Shown here: positions 21,433 to 29,807 of the stretch, piece by piece
Numbering within the stretch: the first letter of the stretch is position 1
How the letters are laid out: the number at the start of each line of letters is the position of its first letter
The notes under the pieces: generated by a model
What the model saw: the letters and a program-made list of their open reading frames with translations, nothing else
Told to the model about the DNA's origin: nothing
Databases searched by the model: none
From: Macrostomum lignano
Taxonomy: Eukaryota
Direction: 5' to 3'
NCBI GenBank assembly: GCA_002269645.1
Contig: NIVC01004970.1
Span: 1-29,807, forward strand
Length of the DNA: 29,807 bases
Position numbers and translations under genes: made by a program

Positions 21433-22262
21433 CTGTCAGCACTGGGGTTCAGTGAGTTGTTAATCAAGGGCCGTCTGCACTGGGGTTCAGTGAGGTGTCA
21501 ATCAAGGGCTGTCTGCACTGGGGTTCTGTGAGGTGTCAATCAAGGGCTGTCTGCACTGGGGTTCAGTGAGATGTCAATCTAGGGCTGTCTGCAATGGGGT
21601 TCAGTGAGGTGCCTGCACTGAGGTTTCAGTGAGGTGTCTGCATTAGGGTTCAGTGAGGTGCCTGCACTGGGGTCCCAGTTAGGTGTCTGCACTGGGGTTT
21701 CAGTGAGGTGCCTGCATTAGGGTTCAGTGAGGTGTCTGCACTGGGGTTTCAGTGAGGTGTCTGCATTCGGGTTCAGTGAGGTGTCTGCACTGGGGTTCAG
21801 TGAGGTGCCTGCACTAGGGTTTCAGTGAGGTGTCTGCATTAGGGTTCAGTGAGGTGCCTGCACTGGGGTTCAGTGAGGTGCCTGCACTGGGGTTTCAGTG
21901 AGGTGTCTGCATTAGGGTTCAGTGAGGTGTCTGCACTGAGGTTCAGTGAGGTGTCTACACTGGGGTTTCAGTGAGGTGCCTGCACTGGGGTTCAGTGAGG
22001 TGTCTACACTGGGGTTCAGTGAGGTGTCTACACTGGGGTTTCAGTGAGGTGTCTGCACTGGGGTTCAGTGAGGTGGCTGCACTGGGGTTCAGTGGTGTCT
22101 GCACTGGGGTTCAGTGAGGTGTCTGCACTGGGGTTCAGTGAGGTGTCTGCACTGGGGTTCAGTGAGGTGTCTGCACTGGGGTTCAGTGAGGTGTCTGCAC
22201 TGGGGTTCAGTGAGGTGTCTGCATTAGGGTTCTGAAGGTGTTTTGAGGGTTCTGAGGTGTCT
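21433..22262. repeat. 24-bp satellite array B, same family and orientation as 2374-4660, ~33 copies
   Basis: Unit CTGCACTGGGGTTCAGTGAGGTGT; the first units carry a 14-bp insert CAATCAAGGGCTGT. Confidence 0.97.
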
Positions 22263-22912
22263 GAATTAGCTTTTTGGTACTTTCTGAATTTGGGCTTAAA
22301 AGTGTATCAATGACTCTGTATTGCGTATCGAGAGCCAGGATAACTGTAAGACAAATAAATATACAGTCTCTTAATCAGCTTTCCAATCCGATCCATTGTT
22401 ATTAGACAAATTTATTGAAGTCATGGCAAATCCCCCATTAACCAGTCACAAACAACAAAAGTTAGTAAGCATTAAAATATGAAAACTATAACGGAGGCAG
22501 CTCTTGCCTAGACTAAGCTACAAAAGACTTATTAAATTTGTTGGAAATAAAATAATTGTTTTTGGCTTCGACGACCCTAAAACAATGTAAGATGTTAAAA
22601 TCAGTATTGAAGTGCATCAGGCTGCTGAATTATATACATAAAATGTGAAAAAGCTTGTAAAAGAACAATATAGGTAGTCGAGTGCATATAGAGTCACGCA
22701 TCGCATATGATTTCTTAACAATGACAGACTAGTAGTCAGTGGAAAAGCAAGGCGTGCATAATTATAGGTATTACACCTGCTGATCCAAATACACCGTTGA
22801 GTGTTTTCCTATTCCGAAAATACTGCCTGCAGGTGATTAAAGAGCTCAACAGCTGTACACTTCCTAGAGTCGAACACGAAGCATCTTATTGCTGCGTAAA
22901 TACGAGTCCACT

Positions 22913-23935
22913 TAGATCCCTACTTTTTGATCCCTATTCACTCACTATGATCCTTACTCTGTCACTATGATCCCTACTCACTCACTATGATCCCTACTCA
23001 CTCACTATGATCCCTACTCTGTCACTATGATCCCTACTCACTCACTATGATCCCTACTCACTCACTATGATCCCTACTCACTCACTATGATCCCTACTCT
23101 GTCACTATGATCCCTACTCACTCACTATGATCCCTACTCTGTCACTATGATCCCTACTCACTCACTATGATCCCTACTCACTCACTATGATCCCTACTCT
23201 GTCACTATGATCCCTACTCACTCACTATGATCCCTACTCACTCACTATGATCCCTACTCTGTCACTATGATCCCTACTCTGTCACTATGATCCCTACTCA
23301 CTCACTATGATCCCTACTCACTCACTATGATCCCTACTCTGTCACTATGATCCCTACTCTGTCACTATGATCCCTACTCACTCACTATGATCCCTACTCA
23401 CTCACTATGATCCCTACTCACTCACTATGATCCCTACTCACTCACTATGATCCCTACTCACTCAATATGATCCCTACTCACTCACTATGATCCCCTACTC
23501 ACTCACTATGATCCCCTACTCATTCACTATGATCCCTACTCACTCACTATGATCCCTACTCACTCACTATGATCCCCTACTCATTCAATATGATCCCTAC
23601 TCACTCACTATGATCCCCTACTCACTCACTATGATCCCCTACTCATTCACTATGATCCCTACTCACTCACTATGATCCCTACTCACTCACTATGATCCCT
23701 ATTCACTCACTATGATCCTTACTCTGTCACTATGATCCCTACTCACTCACTATGATCCCTATTCACTCACTATGATCCTTACTCTGTCACTATGATCCCT
23801 ACTCACTCACTATGATCCCTACTCACTCACTATGATCCCCTACTCATTCAATATGATCCCTACTCACCCACTATGATCCCTACTCACCCACTATGATCCC
23901 TACTCACTCACTATGATCCCTTAAACCTTACTATG
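22913..23935. repeat. 20-bp minisatellite, ~50 copies (TCACTATGATCCCTACTCAC / ...CTCTG)
   Basis: Direct reading; it begins ~25 nt downstream of the oxidoreductase stop codon. Confidence 0.97.
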
Positions 23936-23958
23936 ACCCCAGATTAACCAGGATCCCA

Positions 23959-26900
23959 TCACTCTCCATCCCCAGTCCCGTCCTTGGCGCCATCGGCAGT
24001 GCCCAGCCTTGGCCGAAACGGTTCAGCGTCCATAAACGAACAGGCTCCATCCAACAGCAGGTCGGCCAGCATGAGGCCAGTGGCCGGGCCGTTCAATATG
24101 CCCCAGCAGCTGTGCCCGGCGCCTACGAATCCGTTAGCCAGGCCAGGCAGTTGGCCAATCATAGGCAGTCCAGTGCGCGACACGGGCAGGTAGCAGGCCT
24201 GCCCGGCAACCACAGAATCGGCCGACAGTCGATCCGACACAGACTCGGCAAATTTTGCTAGCCGACGCAGCTTGTTAGAGTCGGCAACTACGTCGGCAGT
24301 TGACGCCGGCAGCGGGGCATCGTCTGCCAGGCCGCAGATGTAGATGGTGCCGTCTGGCCTGGGATAGAGCTCGGGCGACTCCCCGCCCTCCTGCTCGGTG
24401 TACAGAGCGTGCGGACTAAGCTGTCCGGCCGGGGCAGACAGTACAACCGAATGGGCCCGATGCCCGAACACGGCGTCGGAGCCTCCGGCAAGATTTAGCC
24501 AATTGCCCAGAGCTGTGGAAGTCCACGGGCCCATGGCGAATACGATTTTAGCTGAGCGGCAGTCTATTGTAGTTGTAGCAGCAGCAGTGTCGGTTTTATC
24601 GGTTGATGACGAAGCAGTTGTCGCAGTTGAAACGGCTGCATCGGCGACGTCCTCCACTGTCAGGCTGACAATGCGACCGTCTGCTACCTGAGCACCGGTG
24701 ACTCGGGCGCGGCGGACCCGGCTGCCGGCCAGAGCGGCGGCTCGGGCGACCAGGCCGGTGGTCAGTTTGTACGGGTGCACCTGGTTGGGATGGGGGAGAG
24801 CGTAGAGTAAGATGTAGAGTAAATGGAAGGGTGAGATGTAGAGTGGACAGTGGGTGAGATGCAGTGTGTACAGTAGAGTGAGATGTAGAGAGTGGAATAG
24901 TAGGGTGAGATGTAGAGTGGATAGTAGGGTGCGATGTAGGGTGGATAGAAGGGTGAGATATAGGGTAGATAATAGGGCGAGATGTAAGGTGGATAGTAGG
25001 TGGATAGTAGGGTGGATAGTAGGGTGAGATGTAGGGTGGATAGTAGGGTGAGATGTAGGGTGGATAGTAGGGTGAGATGTAGGGTGGATAGTAGGGTGAG
25101 ATGTAGAGTGGATAGAGGGTGAGATATATAGTGTATGAAAGAATGAGATAGACAGCAATACAGAGTCTACAAGCTTGCAGACATTTGAACAGTGCTCACT
25201 AAAAGAAAGGAACTCAGAGAGAAGTTTCTTTCCCAACAGGCAGGGATGAACATGTACAGAGCGGACAGTGTTCGAATAATCTATGCAGAGGATTAGACCA
25301 GAAAGCAGGAGCGCAGCAAAGCTGATTGATTTTTATCCTCTTACAATCCGGAAAAATCCCCCAACCCTAGCTCTCGAAGTCCTTCCCCGTGCTGCCATCC
25401 CATCTCCCTGCCCTAGCCGCATTTCCCTACTCGAAACTTCGAGCAGAATCGATGGGGCGGCACAGACTATCGAAAGATACATCAACGGAGGAAAAATTGG
25501 ATGGGAGCTTACACTGCTGGCCTAGACTCAAAGGAATTAGGTCGATGGGAGGAGATGGACGGCTTAAGCAAGCGATGTGTTGGGTTAGAAACTTTTTTAT
25601 TAGCTGCTCAGATCGGCCAGACAGTTGGCTACAAAAACAACTGAAATTTCTCTCTAAGGATGGAATCCGCAAGCTGCCTGCACCGAATTTTAACATGCTT
25701 TGCTTTAAAGAAATTCACACAGACTGAAGTAGGCTAAGACCGCATCAATTAGACAAATTAGTTGAAAGTTATTTACTTCCTGAAAATTTCAACCATTTGC
25801 AAATACGTAGACCAGATTGTTCATTAAATAGTTTCAGAGACAGACCACAGGCAGATAAGACACAAAGACCAGGGATAGATGAAGACACAAAGACCAGAGA
25901 CAAGTCAAGACACAAAGACCAGAGACAAGTCAAGACACAAAGATGAAGACACAAAGACCAGAGACAAATCAAGACACAAAGACCAGAGACAAATCAAAAC
26001 ACAAAGACCAAAGACAAGACAAATCAAGACACAAAGACCAGAGACAAGACAAATCAAGACACAAAGACCAGGGACAAGACAAATCAAAACACAAAGACCA
26101 GAGACAAGACAAATCAAGACACATAGACCAGGGACAAGACAAATCAAAACACAAAGACCAGAGACAAGACAAATCAAGACACAAAGACCAGGGACAAGAC
26201 AAATCAAAACACAAAGACCAGAGACAAGACAAATCAAGACACAAAGACCAGAGACAAGACAAATCAAGACACAAAGACCAGGGACAAGACAAATCAAAAC
26301 ACAAAGACCAGAGACAAGACAAATCAAGACACAAAGACCAGGGACAAGACAAATCAAAACACAAAGACCAGAGACAAGACAAATCAAGACACAAAGACCA
26401 GAGACAAGACAAATCAAGACACAAAGACCAGGGACAAGACAAATCAAAACACAAAGACCAGGGACAAGACAAATCAAAACACAAAGACCAGAGACAAGAC
26501 AAATCAAGACACAAAGACCAGGGACAAGACAAATCAAGACACAAAGACCAGAGACAAGACAAATCAAAACACAAAGACCAGAGACAAGACAAATCAAGAC
26601 ACAAAGACCAGGGACAAGACAAATCAAGACACAAAGACCAGAGACAAGACAAATCAAAACACAAAGACCAGAGACAAGACAAATCAAGACACAAAGACCA
26701 GGGACAAGACAAATCAAAACACAAAGACCAGAGACAAGACAAATCAAGACACAAAGACCAGGGACAAGACAAATCAAAACACAAAGACCAGGGACAAGAC
26801 AAATCAAAACACAAAGACCAGAGACAAGACAAATCAAGACACAAAGACCAGAGACAAGACAAATCAAGACACAAAGACCAGGGACAAGACAAATCAAGAC

Positions 26901-27517
26901 ACAAAGACAGGGACAAGACAAATCAAAACACAAAGACCAGAGACAAGACAAATCAAGACACAAAGACCAGGGACAAGACAAATCAAAACACAAAGACCAG
27001 AGACAAGACAAATCAAGACACAAAGACCAGGGACAAGACAAATCAAGACACAAAGACCACACAGATGGAGCCAAAAGCTAGAAAAGTGCCGCACCTGGGC
27101 GGTATTGTTGGGATCTCCCAGCCTGCAGGCCCTAGTAACCTCGGCCGTGACCCAGTCCGGACAGCCGGTAATGGGTCGGCCGCATCGAGGCTGCCCGCCA
27201 ACCCGCAGCCGCAGCGACAGAGTGTCCAAGCGTCGATAATCCAATGACTGGCCAAGTTCGCTTTCCAATTCCGAGTGCAAGCGGAAGCTCTCCCAGGCCA
27301 GCTGGGCAAGGGGCCCGCCGGCTCCGCCGCCGCACCAGTCCCGAGCCAGAAACCCGCCAGCCTTGCCGCTGGCGCCGCTAGCAACTCCGACGCTCTCCAG
27401 CAGTAGGCTCCGTACGCCTCGCTTAGCCAGATAATAGGCCGTCGATGAGCCAATTATTCCGCCGCCGACAATGATCACTGGCGGCGTGTCGTTGCCGCTG
27501 TCGCCACTATCAGCCAT
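23959..27517 (-). CDS. TDA3: TDA3/C1F5.03c-like FAD-dependent oxidoreductase (DAO family), 2 exons: 27517-27095 and 24780-23959; 414 aa
   Basis: Rossmann VIIVGGGIIG; ASGASGKAGGFLARDW; the family motif TAQ|VHP is split by a phase-0 GT-AG intron (CAG|GTGCGG ... AACCAG|GTG); YPRPDGTIYICG; ACYLP; GAGHSCWGILNGPATG. Confidence 0.92.
24795..25130. repeat. G-rich 12/24-bp minisatellite in the oxidoreductase intron (GTAGGGTGAGATGTAGGGTGGATA)
   Basis: Direct reading; it produces the false HPTIHPTS extension of ORF 23959..25236. Confidence 0.9.
25850..27065. repeat. 30-bp minisatellite in the oxidoreductase intron (AGACACAAAGACCAGRGACAAGACAAATCA), >35 copies
   Basis: Direct reading; it explains the IKTQRPETRQ and DKSRHKDQ ORFs. 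Confidence 0.97.
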
Positions 27518-27721
27518 GGCTAAACAGCAGGAATGATTGACAAGTGTTCATATTATTATAGTTTGCTAATTCTAATTAAGCTATTATCATATGTACTACT
27601 AGCACTATATGTAACGGTAAAAGAAGTGAGACTGCAGAACACCTGTTAACAATATTATGATAAAAGATTCAATTGGCAGCCAAATAATTGTATTTATTAT
27701 TATACCTTTATTAAGTTCAGA

Positions 27722-28495
27722 CAGACACAAAGACCACAGACAGGTCAAGACACAAAGACCAGACAGGTCAAGACACAAGGACCAAAAGACCACAGATAGG
27801 TCAAGACACAAAGACCACAGACAGGTCAAGACACAAAGACCACAGACAGATCAAGACACAAAGACCAGACAGGTCAAGACACAAGGACCAAAAGACCACA
27901 GATAGGTCAAGACACAAAGACCACAGACAGGTCAAGACACAAAGACCAGACAGGTCAAGACACAAGGACCAAAAGACCACAGATAGGTCAAGACACAAAG
28001 ACCACAGACAGATCAAGACACAAAGACCAGACAGGTCAAGACACAAGGACCAAAAGACCACAGATAGGTCAAGACACAAAGACCACAGACAGGTCAAGAC
28101 ACAAAGACCAGACAGGTCAAGACACAAGGACCAAAAGACCACAGATAGGTCAAGACACAAAGACCACAGACAGGTCAAGACACAAAGACCACAGACAGAT
28201 CAAGACACAAAGACCAGAGGCAGGTCAAGACACAAAGACCATAGACAGATCAAGACACAAAGACCACAGACAGGTCAAGACACAAAGACCACAGACAGAT
28301 CAAGACACAAAGACCACAGATAGGTCAAGACACAAAGACCACAGACAGGTCAAGACACAAAGACCACAGACAGATCAAGACACAAAGACCAGAGGCAGGT
28401 CAAGACACAAAGACCAGAGGCAGGTCAAGACACAAAGACCATAGACATAGGTCAAGACACAAAGACCATAGACATAGGTCAAGACACAAAGACCA
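27722..28495. repeat. GACACAAAGACC-family minisatellite with 25/23/33-bp monomers forming an 81-bp higher-order repeat
   Basis: Monomers GACACAAAGACCACAGACAGGTCAA, GACACAAAGACCAGACAGGTCAA and GACACAAGGACCAAAAGACCACAGATAGGTCAA; a 27-aa periodicity is visible in ORF 27801..28178. Confidence 0.95.
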
Positions 28496-28692
28496 ACTCT
28501 GATAATATTATTAAAACAAGTTAGTTAGCCACATAGCAAAAACTGAATAATTAGACAGACACCCTGTGTTGCTTTAATAAAGAAACATACAAACTGGGAT
28601 TCAGCTTATATAGTCCTACTCAAAAGCTAGTATTGTTGTCAGTTAATAACGGGTTTATGTTCCAACAGTGAAGCAGGGTTATTATAAGCCAA

Positions 28693-29143
28693 TCACTCGG
28701 TATAGTGCTTGACCAGCTTGGCCACCGACCAGTCGCTCTGCAGGAAATGCGGACCGGACACCTGAGCCGGCTTAGCAACTGGCACATTAGCCAATTGGTA
28801 CTGGTTGTAGGCCCGGCAGTCTCGGTAATACAGCACCCGAAGGCAAGCTTCTAAAGCGCTAGTGGCGGTCTCCTCAGTCAGGCCGGCGTAACGCCAGCGG
28901 CATCCAAGGCTTCGCGGAGCAGCCCGAGGCACAGGTGGCTGCCGAATCCGGTTGCTAAGCAGTCTTCTTTAAACGCTACGCCTAGCATGTTCACGTAGCC
29001 TAGAAAAGGCTGCCCAGCCTCTGTCCCGGCCACTATATAAGTGTTCCACAGCGGGTTGATCCTGCTTCGCCGATTGTACATCACCCGGGTTAGCCAGCTG
29101 TGCAGCGAGGCGGGCGAATAAGCGATGCCGTGCTCGTGAATCT
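28693..29143 (-). CDS. PSMB4: Proteasome subunit beta type-4 (beta7), last coding exon; 1-nt frameshift near 28880-28915; earlier exons not seen in the window
   Basis: Acceptor CCCTGTTCCGCGCAG|AG, then IHEHGIAYSPASLHSWLTRVMYNRRSRINPLWNT...LGYVNMLGVAF...ATGFG...LLREAL and, in the next frame, LEACLRVLYYRDCRAYN...SDWSVA. These are diagnostic PSMB4 motifs. Confidence 0.95.
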
Positions 29144-29257
29144 CTGCGCGGAACAGGGGGGGGGGTACTAAGATTGAGCAGGTATGGGATTGGATGCTGT
29201 CCGCTCTGCAACCTGTATATGCTGAATGCAGCCACTTAGCAAATAGAAGAACTTGCC

Positions 29258-29645
29258 TCAGCTTCCCTGCATCCGCCGGTGCCCTAAAATCCTTACCTCC
29301 TCTGCATATCCTAACTTCCGCTGCATCCGCCCCCTGTCCCTACTTCCGCTGCATCCGCCCCCTGTCTCTACTTCCGCTGCATCCGCCCCTGTCCTTACCT
29401 CCGCTGCATCCGCCCCCTGTCCCTACTTCCGCTGCATCCGCCCCCAGTCCTACTTCCGCTGCATCCGCCTCCTGTCCCTACTTCCGCTGCGTCACACCCC
29501 TGTCCCTACTTCCGCTGCATCCACCCCTGTCCCTCCTTCCGCTGCATCCGCTCCTGTCCCTACTTCCGCTGCATCCGCCCCCTGTCCTTACCTCCGCTGC
29601 ATCCGCCCCCAGTCCCTGCCCCCGCTGCATCCGCTCCCAGTCCCT
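29258..29645. repeat. 27/28-bp C-rich minisatellite in the presumed PSMB4 intron (CTTCCGCTGCATCCGCCCCTGTCCCTA)
   Basis: Direct reading; it explains ORF 29253..29735. Confidence 0.92.
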
Positions 29646-29807
29646 GCCTCCTCACATTTCCAGTTCCTACATCCGCGCTCTCTTTCTCATATTTCATGTC
29701 TTCGCTCCGTCCCTCAATTTCCCGGCCCTAAGTGACTCTCAGACACACGATAGCCTCTTCTTCGCCATCTTGTTCCATTACTCTGCCGCTTTCCGCGCAA
29801 GAGGATT

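Noticed and set aside
21640-22232. TTAGGG telomere-like hexamers
   Set aside because: Isolated single copies arising as point variants of the 24-bp satellite monomer, not a telomeric tract.
24781-25236. N-terminal extension MGKKLL...HPTIHPTS of ORF 23959..25236
   Set aside because: Intronic repeat sequence; the real exon starts at the AG|GTG acceptor at 24780 and joins TAQ to VHP.
25879-27247. 300-430 aa ORFs on both strands (IKTQRPETRQ, DKSRHKDQ, LCVLICLVSG)
   Set aside because: Artefacts of the 30-bp intronic array of the oxidoreductase gene.
983-29645. CRISPR-like arrays
   Set aside because: The repeats are head-to-tail with no unique spacers, the context is eukaryotic and there are no cas genes.
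29735-29807. Candidate upstream PSMB4 exon or AAGATGGCG start motif at the window end
   Set aside because: No frame matches the expected preceding PSMB4 sequence (ASGDYADFQ-like), and the ATG opens only a 9-codon ORF.

Overview
Eukaryotic (metazoan) genomic DNA with spliceosomal introns and about ten minisatellite arrays covering roughly a quarter of the window. The gene content and style suggest a free-living flatworm such as Macrostomum; this is an inference, not a database result. All recognisable genes are on the minus strand. (i) Three intronless paralogues encode a secreted C-type-lectin-like + PAN/Apple protein (1-544, frameshifted and cut by the window edge; 7725-8429; 13820-14524). 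(ii) A three-exon gene (16353-19854) joins ~14 ankyrin repeats in frame, via a 65-nt intron, to a Mab-21/cGAS-like (cGLR) nucleotidyltransferase and a helical C-terminal region (~1115 aa once one homopolymer frameshift is repaired). (iii) A two-exon TDA3-like FAD-dependent oxidoreductase (23959-27517). (iv) The last coding exon of proteasome subunit beta type-4 (28693-29143). Between them lie fossil Gypsy, hAT and Crypton-like transposon fragments. The strongest candidate for an under-described system is the ankyrin-cGLR fusion next to a lectin array whose variation concentrates in the ligand-binding loop. Four single-base frameshifts, one of them in the essential PSMB4 gene, point to long-read indel errors rather than true pseudogenes.
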